Shown here: positions 28,815-38,062 of the stretch, piece by piece
Position numbering within the stretch: the first letter of the stretch is position 1
Layout: every line of letters starts with the position of its first letter
Source of the DNA: Acidobacteriota bacterium
GTDB lineage: Bacteria > Acidobacteriota > CAIWXX01
Direction of reading: 5' to 3'
DNA length: 64,000 bases
Assembly (NCBI GenBank): GCA_040755995.1
Contig: JBFMAF010000040.1
Coordinates: forward strand, 93,556-157,555
The notes under the pieces: model-generated
Database searches by the model: none
Seen by the model: the letters and a program-made list of their open reading frames with translations, nothing else
Told to the model about the DNA's origin: nothing
Program-made: the position numbers and the translations under genes

Positions 28815-29965
28815 GCGAGAGACTGGGCCGCCGTGAGTTCTTCTGGGACTGTGCGCGTGCGGCGGGCACGATGGGAATCGTCTCCGAAATGGGGGCCCGG
28901 CGAGCGGCCGCCGAGGATGTGTCGCCCGGACCGGTGTCGGGTGAAGCGTCGCTCAACCCGGTAGAAGCTCGTCACTACAAGAAGCTAGACGAGCGAAGGG
29001 TCCAGTGCGGGATCTGCCCACGAAAGTGCACGGTGGCCGATCTGGAGCGTGGAACGTGCGGCGTGCGAGAAAACAGGGGAGGTACGTATTATTTTCTGGT
29101 ACACTCGCGCGCCTGTTCCGTGCACACGGACCCGGTCGAAAAGAAGCCGTTCTTTCACTTCCTTCCGGGAACCCAGGCTTTCTCCCTCGCAACCGCAGGC
29201 TGCAACATCGAGTGCAAGTTCTGCCAGAACTGGCAGATCGCCCAGTTCCGGCCTGAACAGGTGCAGAGCATCTACTTGCCGCCCGATGCCGTCCAGCGCG
29301 CAGCGCGCCAACAAGGGGCCGCAACGGTTGCTTACACGTACTCTGAGCCGGTGGTCTTCTTCGAGTATATGTACGACACCGCCGCTGCCGCTCGACAGAA
29401 CGGGCTTCGGAATGTCATGATATCAAACGGCTATATCAACGAAGATCCGCTGCGCGAGCTCCTCGGCGTCCTGGATGCGGTGAAGATCGACTTCAAGTCG
29501 TTCCGGGAGAGCTTCTACAAGGAGACGTGTAGCGGCGAGCTCAAACCGGTCCTCGACACTCTCGTCTCCCTCAAGAAGTCCGGCAAGTGGTTCGAGCTCG
29601 TCGTGCTTGTCGTTCCCACACTCAATGACAGCGAAGCCGAGTTCCGAGACATGAGCCGCTGGATTGTCGCGAACCTGGGCAAGGACGTTCCCGTGCACTT
29701 CACCCGCTTCCATCCGGACTATCGGCTGCGGAACCTCCCGAGTACTCCCACGACTACGCTCGAAAGAGCCCGTGAGATCGCCCGATCAGAGGGTATGCAC
29801 TTTGCCTATGTTGGGAACGTGCCCGGCCATCCGTTCGAAACCACGTACTGCTTTTCCTGCACCAGGCCGCTCATACGCCGCGTCGGTTTCATGATCCTCG
29901 AGAACGCCCTTGCCAACGGCCGTTGCCCGTCCTGCAAGACCGTCATCCCAGGCGTGTGGGCGTGA
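28811..29965 (+). CDS. amrS: AmmeMemoRadiSam-system radical SAM enzyme
   Basis: CGICPRKC..GTCGVR, DPVEKKPFFHF, GCNIECKFCQNW (CxxxCxxC), YTYSEP, HFTRFHP. Confidence 0.92.
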   Translation: MSERLGRREFFWDCARAAGTMGIVSEMGARRAAAEDVSPGPVSGEASLNPVEARHYKKLDERRVQCGICPRKCTVADLERGTCGVRENRGGTYYFLVHSRACSVHTDPVEKKPFFHFLPGTQAFSLATAGCNIECKFCQNWQIAQFRPEQVQSIYLPPDAVQRAARQQGAATVAYTYSEPVVFFEYMYDTAAAARQNGLRNVMISNGYINEDPLRELLGVLDAVKIDFKSFRESFYKETCSGELKPVLDTLVSLKKSGKWFELVVLVVPTLNDSEAEFRDMSRWIVANLGKDVPVHFTRFHPDYRLRNLPSTPTTTLERAREIARSEGMHFAYVGNVPGHPFETTYCFSCTRPLIRRVGFMILENALANGRCPSCKTVIPGVWA

Positions 29966-30050
29966 AGCAACGACGCGCGCAGGGCGGCATGGGTTGGGCC
30001 TGGGGCCGATGCAAGGGCAACAGCGCGAACTCCGACTCGCGCATCGCGCC

Positions 30051-32462
30051 TCAGTCCGCCGCGTTCGCAGGCATGGCGGGTGGGCGCCTGATCAGCGTCG
30101 CAAGGGAAGCGAGCTTCGCCAGAGCCACTACACAGGCGGTACCGGCGAGCCCGGTCAACGGCACGAGCACGATGCCCGTCAGGAACGCTCCGAGTAATGC
30201 GCCTACGTGGTCGGCTGCATCTATCATGCCCGAGGCCCGTCCAATGTCCGTGGAGCGCATTGCGGCGGCTGGCTTGCCGGCGGCTGCCAGGAAGAGAGCC
30301 GAAGCTGCCGGGAATTGGGCTCCTGCCACCAGTCCCGAGAGGAGCAGGAGCAGCGGTACCGCGATGCGCGCGATCACACCAGGTCCGACGCTCGCGAACT
30401 CCCTCACCCATCCGACGATGACGAGGGAGAAAAGGGCGATGGTTGCGTCGGAGACGAGGAGAATAGTCCGTGCGTGCCGGCCCATGCGGTCGCCATACGC
30501 CGCTCGTTGCATCACGACCGCGCCTCCGGCGAGCCCCAGCATGAAGACGGCCACCAGCAACGCCACCTCGCTGTAGAGGCTGCCGAAGAGGTTCTGGAAG
30601 GTCAGAAGCAGGAGCAGGCTCCACGCCATGCTGGCGAAGCCGGTGGTAGTGATCGCAGCGATTGCCTGTGTGCGCCCCAGCCCCGGCGAGCGGCGGGACA
30701 AGGCGAACGCCGCCCATATCGAGAGGAGGCCGAAGGCCAGAGGTAGCGTCCAACGCCGTCCGCTCGTGACGAGTGCGCCAAGGGAGTAGCCGCGCCGGGC
30801 GCCCGTGAAGCGCTCCCACAGCACCAGCCCGTAGAAGTAGGTGACGGGGTGTGAGTCCGTATTACGCGGTGCGTCACGCGGCGCCTCGAGTGTTTCTCGC
30901 TGGAAGGCGATTCTGTCGGCGGGGAGCAAGAGATCGATCTGTTCCGGGTAGAAGAAAGGCAACGAGAGGGACCGCTCCCGTAGCCGGCGCTTGAGCAGTG
31001 CGGGGTCGAGCGAAGGAGAGCCGGCGGAATCGCTGGCTATCAGGATATTTTCCTCGCCGGGCGTGGCCAGAACGATCGCGAAGACGTCCTTGAGGGTCCA
31101 GTAGATGGACGCTGCGAAGCCGAGAGCGGCTCCCCCGAGGTAGTTCGACGCAGACGAGATGCGTGTCACGAGCACTCCGCCGGGCGCGAGCAGCCGCTTC
31201 GATTGAGCGAAGAACTCCCGCGTGTAGAACCGGTTGAGAGCCGCCGTGCTGGGGTCAGGAAAGTTGAGCAGCACGAGGTCGTACTTACCCCGGCGACTGC
31301 TCGCGAAGCGTCGCGGATCGACCGTGTAGAGCGTCACTCTGGGATCTTCGAGCGCACGCCGGTCTTCGGGCGGCAGGAATGAATGAACCGCCCCCGGCAA
31401 CCATGGGTCCGCCTCGACGACGTGGACCTGCCGTACGGGGTGCCGCAGGACCTCGCGCAGTATCCCGCAGATGCCGCCTCCGAGAAGCAGGACTTTGCGC
31501 GGCGCCGGGTGTTCGAGCATGAGCGGGTGGACGCGCGCGGCGTAGCCGTACTCGTCGGGGAACGAGGCGGCGATCTGACCGTTGGTGAAAAGACTGAAGG
31601 GGCCTCCGCCCGCGACTACAATGTTCTCATAGGGCGAATCCAACGAAAGCCGAAGAGCAAGCCCGTTCCGAAACGAGCTCCAGCGAAGAGCGACTGTCAA
31701 CCGATCCAGGGCCGAAGGTAGCCCAGCGAGCAGGGAGAGAATAATCGCTGCGCAAGCGATGCCGCCGGTTGCTGCCGCCGCTCTTCTGGTGCGCCCGCCG
31801 AGGAGGAGAGCAACGGATGCGAGCGCCATGGCGGCAAACGACGCCAACGAGGCAAAGCTCGAAACACGAGGGAGCAGCAACAGGGTAAAGACGGCGCCCC
31901 CGGCGAGGCTCCCGATGGACTCCATTGCGTAAACGGCCGTGATGGCGCGTACACCTTCGCGCGCCCCGGAGGCCGCCATGGCGGCGGCGCACGGGAATAG
32001 AAACCCGATGAGAGCAGAACAGGGAGTGACAGTGAGAATCAAAGACAGGAACACTCTCTCGATGGGAACGAGCTCACCTGCTCCAACGCCCAGATAGAGG
32101 CGCGAGGCGCGCAGAGCGACCAGCGAGGCGGGCAGGAGGAGCAGAAGCAGGGCGAAGGCGGCTGCGAAGAGCGTAGCAATTCGATCCGCAGCACGACCAA
32201 TGAGCCTGGTGCCGGTGGCGCCTGCTGCCGCCCCCACGGAGATCCCGAGGAACCACGCTGTGAGGGTGGCGGCGATCGAGAGCTCGTTGCCGAAAAACAC
32301 CACAAGAGATTCGCGCAGGAACAGCGACTGAGCCAGCACCGCGACCGCTCCCAGGGCAAACCAGCATGTATACTGAGCAATCCGCGCGCGCCGCAACCAC
32401 GGCTCTTTGCCGGCAAGCAGGCGCCTGCCGGGAGGATCAGTGGAGTGAGAACCTCGGCTCAT
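30051..32462 (-). CDS. Fused multi-TM / spermidine-synthase-like protein
   Basis: RESLVVFFGNEL; DSPYENI; VLLLGGG; DLVLLNFPDPST..LNRFYTREFF; TM blocks at both ends. Confidence 0.88.
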   Translation of the reverse strand: MSRGSHSTDPPGRRLLAGKEPWLRRARIAQYTCWFALGAVAVLAQSLFLRESLVVFFGNELSIAATLTAWFLGISVGAAAGATGTRLIGRAADRIATLFAAAFALLLLLLPASLVALRASRLYLGVGAGELVPIERVFLSLILTVTPCSALIGFLFPCAAAMAASGAREGVRAITAVYAMESIGSLAGGAVFTLLLLPRVSSFASLASFAAMALASVALLLGGRTRRAAAATGGIACAAIILSLLAGLPSALDRLTVALRWSSFRNGLALRLSLDSPYENIVVAGGGPFSLFTNGQIAASFPDEYGYAARVHPLMLEHPAPRKVLLLGGGICGILREVLRHPVRQVHVVEADPWLPGAVHSFLPPEDRRALEDPRVTLYTVDPRRFASSRRGKYDLVLLNFPDPSTAALNRFYTREFFAQSKRLLAPGGVLVTRISSASNYLGGAALGFAASIYWTLKDVFAIVLATPGEENILIASDSAGSPSLDPALLKRRLRERSLSLPFFYPEQIDLLLPADRIAFQRETLEAPRDAPRNTDSHPVTYFYGLVLWERFTGARRGYSLGALVTSGRRWTLPLAFGLLSIWAAFALSRRSPGLGRTQAIAAITTTGFASMAWSLLLLLTFQNLFGSLYSEVALLVAVFMLGLAGGAVVMQRAAYGDRMGRHARTILLVSDATIALFSLVIVGWVREFASVGPGVIARIAVPLLLLLSGLVAGAQFPAASALFLAAAGKPAAAMRSTDIGRASGMIDAADHVGALLGAFLTGIVLVPLTGLAGTACVVALAKLASLATLIRRPPAMPANAAD

Positions 32463-32545
32463 GCATGCTGAACCAGCGCTCGCAGCTGGTTCCGTCCAGT
32501 CGCAACCGCCGGGGCACGAATCATCATTCGACCAAGACAACCAGA

Positions 32546-32639
32546 TCGGACTTTGGACTTGGGAATTCAGATTTCGGATTTGTCCCGTGCACGCAGCGTT
32601 CGGCCCGAAATCCGCAATTCGAAATCCGAGATCCGAAAT
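32546..32639. repeat. Inverted pair of 7-bp tandem arrays (TCGGATT-like x5 / CCGAAAT-like x5)
   Basis: 32546-32581 and 32605-32639 are approximate reverse complements. Confidence 0.8.
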
Positions 32640-32766
32640 GGGCACAACAGACCCACGGATGCTGCGCTCGCCCACAGACAACATGTTGTCGCAAGATGCG
32701 CCCTAATGCGCCCAATATCATACGCCTCGCCGCCGCAGTCAAGTCCCGCAGAGAAACATGGCCAAT

Positions 32767-32825
32767 GGACGAGCGACACGGCCGTCGCGCGCTCTCTCTA
32801 CGCGCGCTTCATCGGCGGTTGGCGG
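32767..32825 (+). repeat. Direct repeat copy 2: detached thiF/moeB 3' fragment (attR-like or paralog remnant)
   Basis: Encodes TSDTAVARSLYARFIGG versus TDDTAVARSLYARFIGG*. Confidence 0.85.
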
Positions 32826-33039
32826 CGGGGACGTTGCGGACGGAGCCACAGACAAGGATTCGGTCACGCCCGCGTCTGCGGCCACGCCCACGATTGCCAG
32901 GACGATGTCGCCGGATTGCGGCAAGTTGACACCCACGGACCGGCACCCTATATTCCACGCAGAGGTGGCTGCGGCAAGAGGGGTGCGCGGCGCACCATAT
33001 CGGGAGATACGCGGCTCGGTGATAGAAGCGGTTGGATTA

Positions 33040-33657
33040 GTGCCCATTCCTCGGGGACGTATCGCTCGACTCGTCCTCGTCCTCGTGGCCGGCGCGTCCC
33101 TGTCGGCGGCGTGCCGTCGATCCGATGACCAATCGCGGCCGCCGAGGCCGCTGACCGAAATAGACACTGATCAGTCCCCGGTGGACAGCCAGCAGCTGGC
33201 GGCCGAGGCGAACTTCAGCGCGATCATGAACGCGATCCTGACATACCACCGGTCGTACGAACGCTACCCGGCTTCTCTTCAGGAGCTCGTCGACGTCGGT
33301 CTCCTTCAGAGCATCCCCGAGCCGCCCCCGGACTCGGGCTGGGTGTACTACCCTGACACCGGAACCGTCGACTTCGAGCCGATCGCAGAAGTCGGCGAAC
33401 AGGCTGGGCCGCCTCCACCAACACCAGGCACCTCGCGGGCTGAGGTCGACGGGCAGGATGTCGACCCGAGAGCGCGCGCAGATCTGGAGAAGCTCATGGC
33501 GGCGATTGCCGCGTTCAAGAAACAGGCGGGACGGAATCCGGCGTCGCTCGATGAGCTCGTGGAGCGCGGCATCTTGACGGGGTTACCAGCCGTCCCGGAA
33601 AACGCGGCGTACGTGTATGATCCAGCCGCGGGAACGGTCGAAATCAAACGCAGATGA
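33040..33657 (+). CDS. Lipoprotein with two pilin/GspG-like globular repeats
   Basis: LSAAC lipobox; YPASLQELV..G.L..IP...YYPDTGTV and NPASLDELV..G.L..LP...YDPAAGTV. Confidence 0.7.
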   Translation: MPIPRGRIARLVLVLVAGASLSAACRRSDDQSRPPRPLTEIDTDQSPVDSQQLAAEANFSAIMNAILTYHRSYERYPASLQELVDVGLLQSIPEPPPDSGWVYYPDTGTVDFEPIAEVGEQAGPPPPTPGTSRAEVDGQDVDPRARADLEKLMAAIAAFKKQAGRNPASLDELVERGILTGLPAVPENAAYVYDPAAGTVEIKRR

Positions 33658-33701
33658 GTTGCACACGAGAACGATCACTGTCACTATCCGGAGGAATCAG
33701 A

Positions 33702-34160
33702 ATGAAGAAACTCCTGTTCGCGGCGACGATTCTCGTAGCGGGCTGCGCTGCCTGCAGCATGCTGCCAGGCGGGTCGAGCGCTACCGACACGTACAAGAAA
33801 TTCGCAGAAGCCTGGGCGAAAGGCCAAGGCACCGACGCGCTCCAGTACGTCGAGGGCGACTCGGCGCGCGAGAGCGTCGAACAGATGAGCGCCCGCAATC
33901 TGATGAGTCCGGTCGGAATGGAAACCTATCACGGCTCTCGTGCCACCATCAAGAGCGAGACCGAGTCAGCCCCCGGCGAGGTCACGATCGAAGCGGAGTT
34001 GTTGATATTCTTTGATCCCCCTGGCGCCTACTCGGGAGTGGGCGGGGCGATGTACGTTCAGTTCCGCCACGTCGTCAAGCTATCGAAGACCGGCAACGGG
34101 TGGAAGGTGATCTCATTCGAGCCCACTCTCCTGAAGATGGACGAGAGGCCGCGCGGGTAG
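33702..34160 (+). CDS. Lipoprotein, NTF2-like fold possible
   Basis: GGAGG RBS; MKKLLFAATILVAGC; C-terminal VKLSKTGNGWKV. Confidence 0.75.
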   Translation: MKKLLFAATILVAGCAACSMLPGGSSATDTYKKFAEAWAKGQGTDALQYVEGDSARESVEQMSARNLMSPVGMETYHGSRATIKSETESAPGEVTIEAELLIFFDPPGAYSGVGGAMYVQFRHVVKLSKTGNGWKVISFEPTLLKMDERPRG

Positions 34161-34564
34161 CCAGTAGCTGGGCCGCCCGGTCGAGCTTCGCATGGCACGC
34201 CCCCGCGCGCATTGCAGGCCCTGATCGAGTCGGACGTAGGCAATGTAACGGCCGCCCCTGAGATAGTCCGCTCCGATCTGCCTCGGGCCTGCGCGAGGGC
34301 GCTTTCTACTGTTTTCTCGCTACCGTCTGCTCGACTTTGGCCCAGGAGCCGGTGCTTGTGGGCTCCATGTAGTAGGCGCACAGAGGAGCATGCGACGCCG
34401 CTCCGGCTGTCGCCCGTGGAGACCCACCGCGTCGGCCAGTCAGGGATGCGTGACCCCGCTAGCCGGTGGCATCCGGCACGGGGCGCGGCTTCCCTGCTCT
34501 TCTCGCGGCCGGTGGCTGGGAGGTGGACTCTGGCGAGAGGGAAGCGGGTCCTGCCCAGTCGTGA

Positions 34565-34957
34565 TCAACCCTGCGACCCGCCATCCTTCCACGCCAGAAA
34601 GCTGCCCCATACAGCCGACGCGAATGCTGTGGCTGCCATGGTGGGGTAGGGTGACGGAGGGATGCCAGAGGGCACAATCGCCATGGCCACCAGCGGAAAA
34701 GCTGGCAGAGCCAGCAACGCGAACGTCAACGAATGTATCGCGCCCCGCCCGCCGCGCATCAGAGGTCCCCACACCAGCAGGAGCAGAAACACTGAGTGCG
34801 ACACCATGTAGAGGCCGCTGAGGGCGGCATGGAACTTCGCGTGCGGTGGGAAGTCGAGCGTACGTAAGTGATCGGTCGTAATCATCAACCCCTGAGCGAT
34901 ACCAACCGCGCAAAGAACCGTTGTCAGGCCGACCAGGGTAGGTTTGAATCTCGTCAT
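34565..34957 (-). CDS. Small four-TM membrane protein
   Basis: GGAGG RBS; four hydrophobic segments; PPHAKFH motif. Confidence 0.7.
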   Translation of the reverse strand: MTRFKPTLVGLTTVLCAVGIAQGLMITTDHLRTLDFPPHAKFHAALSGLYMVSHSVFLLLLVWGPLMRGGRGAIHSLTFALLALPAFPLVAMAIVPSGIPPSPYPTMAATAFASAVWGSFLAWKDGGSQG

Positions 34958-36261
34958 CGCCGTCCGCCTCCAATCTTTGAGCCGAGCGGTTCGGTGGCTG
35001 CGCGGTGTTGTCTCGCGGGCCGGACCGCCGGGAGCGCTGTCGGCTGCGGTCCGGACGCATCCGAGAGAGCCGGCGTTGGATCGTCACGGATCACGACTCC
35101 TCCCTTGAGGACCAGCCGAACGTGGGCCAGGGCGTGGATGTCCGCGAGCGGATCGCCGTGAACGACCAGCACGTCGGCGAGTTTGCCCGCTTCGAGGGTG
35201 CCAAGTTCCTTTTCCAGGCTGCACACATGCGATGCGTTCTTCGTGGCGGCAACGATCACCTGCATGGGCGTCATCCCGGCCTCAGACATCCGCCCGATCT
35301 CATGCATAGGCATGCCCAGCTCGAAGTGATCAAAGCCGTTCTGGGGCACGTCCGTGTAGTCGTTTCCGAGTGCCACCTGACCGCCCATTGCGACGAAACG
35401 CTGGAGATTGGCCTGGCTTCCAGACAATACACCGTACGCCTCCATCACCGTCAGCGTTGGGAGGACGAAGATGTCCTTCTCGACCATCCGCTGCATCAGC
35501 TCGTCGGAGACGGGGTCCCAGGCCACATGCGCGACGTCATCCACACCGGCATCGACTACCTTCTGCAGGTACGTGGCTTCGGTGATGTGTGCTGAGACAA
35601 GCGCACCGCGTTCGTGCGCTGCGACGACGATGGCCGTCACTTCTTCACTGGACAGAATGGGCAAGTCCGAGCGAGGGCCGTAGCCATCTTCCAATGAGAA
35701 CTTGATAAGGTCGGCGCCCTGATCGAGCTCATCCAGGACCTTCCGGCGCGCGTCGGCGGGGGAGGAGACGAACAGCCGGCCGTAGCCCTCAGGCGCTGTA
35801 ATCATCCAACCGCTCGAGACAAGGCGGGCGTACTGTGGCCTGTTCCATTCGTTGTCGCGCCTGGCAAGCAGCTCCTGCAGAGAGGCGTAGCCAAGGAGTA
35901 TGCCCTCGTCGCGCACGGTGGTGACTCCCGCCAGCGCCCAGGCTTCCAGGTTTTGGGGATTGTAAGCGTCGTGTACGTGGGCATTGATGAAGCCCGGCAG
36001 TATTGTCGCCCCTCCCACGTCAACGATTCGTCCGGGCTGCGGCATGGGCACGGCGCCGCGCGCGCCGACCGCCTGGATGCGATTTCCCTTGACGACCAGG
36101 ACTGCATCGGGCAGAGGATCGGCGCCAGCGCCGTCGACGAGGGTCCCGTTGACAAGGACCAGTATTCCGGCATCGTGACCCTGAGAGGCCCCGTGCAGAC
36201 AGGCGATGATCAAGGCCGACGAAAGCACCGGCCCAAGGGCGATGTAGCGCTTCCATCTCAT
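34954..36261 (-). CDS. Amidohydrolase-family protein, probably exported (start uncertain)
   Basis: ILPGFINAHVH, GVTTVRD, GADLIK, LGTLEAGKLADV..GDPL; hydrophobic N-terminus. Confidence 0.9.
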   Translation of the reverse strand: MRWKRYIALGPVLSSALIIACLHGASQGHDAGILVLVNGTLVDGAGADPLPDAVLVVKGNRIQAVGARGAVPMPQPGRIVDVGGATILPGFINAHVHDAYNPQNLEAWALAGVTTVRDEGILLGYASLQELLARRDNEWNRPQYARLVSSGWMITAPEGYGRLFVSSPADARRKVLDELDQGADLIKFSLEDGYGPRSDLPILSSEEVTAIVVAAHERGALVSAHITEATYLQKVVDAGVDDVAHVAWDPVSDELMQRMVEKDIFVLPTLTVMEAYGVLSGSQANLQRFVAMGGQVALGNDYTDVPQNGFDHFELGMPMHEIGRMSEAGMTPMQVIVAATKNASHVCSLEKELGTLEAGKLADVLVVHGDPLADIHALAHVRLVLKGGVVIRDDPTPALSDASGPQPTALPAVRPARQHRAATEPLGSKIGGGRR

Positions 36262-36304
36262 CAGTCGGTCGGACATCTTACACATCGGCTGCGTTGCCGA
36301 TTCA

Positions 36305-36390
36305 ATAATGGTCCGACCAACTACCTTCGGCAAGCATCCAGTGACGACCGGGACCAATGCGTGACGAATGATGGGAAGCGAGTGACGAAC
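36305..36390 (-). promoter_or_regulatory. Three TCGTCAC direct repeats (period 20-21) upstream of TTGCCG-17-CATTAT
   Basis: GTGACGA on the plus strand at 36341, 36361 and 36382. Confidence 0.55.
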
Positions 36391-36509
36391 GCGTCGCGCT
36401 GGAGGCCGGGTGGGCTGAGGCTCGGCAGCCGCGGCGAGTCGCGGTCGGCGGCTTGTTCCTCTCCCAGATGCTGGCGCCTTTCGTCATGCTGACAGCATCG
36501 CCTTCGGCC

Positions 36510-37865
36510 TCAGTCCTTCCGTATCTCTGCCGCCACGCGAATCATCGCCTCAAGACTGCGCTCGACGTCCTCGTCGGTCGTCGCCCACGATGAGACGCTG
36601 ATGCGCATGGCGGTGTGCCCCTGCCAGATCGAAGCGCCTGCCCAGCAGGTCCCCTCTTGCTGGATGGCGGCTATGACCCGCCGCGTCGTCTCGGCGTCAC
36701 CGAACGAGACCAGCACCTGATTGATCACCACGTCGTTCAGAATCTCATAGCCTGCGGCGCGCAGCCCTTCGGCGAAATGGGCCGCATGGCGGCAGGAGCG
36801 CTCGATCAGATCAGCAAGCCCGCTTCGTCCCAGTGAGCGGAGCGCGGCCCACACCTCGACTCCACGCGCGCGGCGTGAGAAATCCGGCGTGTAGTCTTCC
36901 GGTTCGCGCTGTTCTCCGCGCACGATGTAGGCGGCCGCGACGGACATGGCCGCTCGCAGGTGTTGCGGATCGCCGACGATGACGATACCGCTGTCATAGG
37001 GCACGTTGAGCCACTTGTGAGCGTCCATGGCCCACGAATCGGCGTCAGCAAAGCCCGTGACCAGATGCGAGCGATTCGGAGCCGCTGCCACCCACATCCC
37101 GAACGCTCCGTCCACGTGTACCCATGCGCCCGCCGCTCTTGCCGGCGGGACGATTTCGTCGGCAGGATCGAAGGCGCCCGTGTTGACGTTGCCGGCCTGT
37201 ATGCATACGATCGTATTGCCGTCAAGCGGTGGCAGCGAATCGGCGCGCATTCTGCCCCGCCCATCTACCGGAGCTCGGATGACTCGCTCACGCCCAAGCC
37301 CCAGCATCATGAGCGCCTTGAGCACGCTCACGTGAACTTCATCACCGACGACCACCTTGATCGGAGGCGCCCCGAACAAGCCGAGCCTTTCGACATCCCA
37401 GCCCCGGCGGGCGAGGAGGGCATGCCGAGCGGCGGCCAGGCCGGAGAAATTCGCCTGTGTCGCGCAGGTCACGAAACCCGCACCGCTATGAGACGGCAGC
37501 CCCAGCACGTCAAGCAGCCAACGCATGGCGACCTCCTCCAGTTTGGCCGCAATCGGTGAAAGCGCAACGACCCCAGCGTTCTGATCCCACGCCGTCGCCA
37601 ACCAATTGGCTGCCACCGTCGCCGGGAGTGAACCGCCAATTACGAAGCCGAAATAGCGCGATCCCGCTGTCGCCACCGTCGCGGGTGAGCCGATCTCGTC
37701 CAGCAGCGCGAGAACCGCCCCGGGGTCGGTCGGTCTTTCAGGCAACGGCTCGTCGAGCCGTCGCAAATCGGCGATGGCCTGCGGCGCTGGCGCTACGTTT
37801 CGACGACTCAGTCCGTCCAGATAGCGCCGCGCGCGTTCGGCAGTTGTTTTCAATAGCTGTTCCAC
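36510..37865 (-). CDS. Group II PLP-dependent amino-acid decarboxylase
   Basis: RYFGFVIGG, AGNVNTGAFD, WVHVDGAFG, DAHKWLNVPYDSG. Confidence 0.92.
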   Translation of the reverse strand: MEQLLKTTAERARRYLDGLSRRNVAPAPQAIADLRRLDEPLPERPTDPGAVLALLDEIGSPATVATAGSRYFGFVIGGSLPATVAANWLATAWDQNAGVVALSPIAAKLEEVAMRWLLDVLGLPSHSGAGFVTCATQANFSGLAAARHALLARRGWDVERLGLFGAPPIKVVVGDEVHVSVLKALMMLGLGRERVIRAPVDGRGRMRADSLPPLDGNTIVCIQAGNVNTGAFDPADEIVPPARAAGAWVHVDGAFGMWVAAAPNRSHLVTGFADADSWAMDAHKWLNVPYDSGIVIVGDPQHLRAAMSVAAAYIVRGEQREPEDYTPDFSRRARGVEVWAALRSLGRSGLADLIERSCRHAAHFAEGLRAAGYEILNDVVINQVLVSFGDAETTRRVIAAIQQEGTCWAGASIWQGHTAMRISVSSWATTDEDVERSLEAMIRVAAEIRKD

Positions 37866-38062
37866 GATTCTCTCCTGCTCTCTGGAAATGACGTATCTCT
37901 CAAGTGCCGGGGGAGAACACTAACCGGTCGACCCAGCGCCAGCTTCATCCGCGGCGCATTATCTCACACCCGCAAACCTACCTGCGGCCGAGACGTTGCT
38001 GTTGCCAGTCGGCCGCTCGATTCAATCGAGCTCCGCCTGCCTCAGGGCGATCGACGTCCGTC

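Noticed and set aside
32093..32100. Extra GATAGAGG half-site
   Set aside because: Inside a CDS, with no left arm and no downstream box
34161..34564. 400-bp gap with several overlapping ORFs
   Set aside because: No RBS, motif or RNA structure I can support
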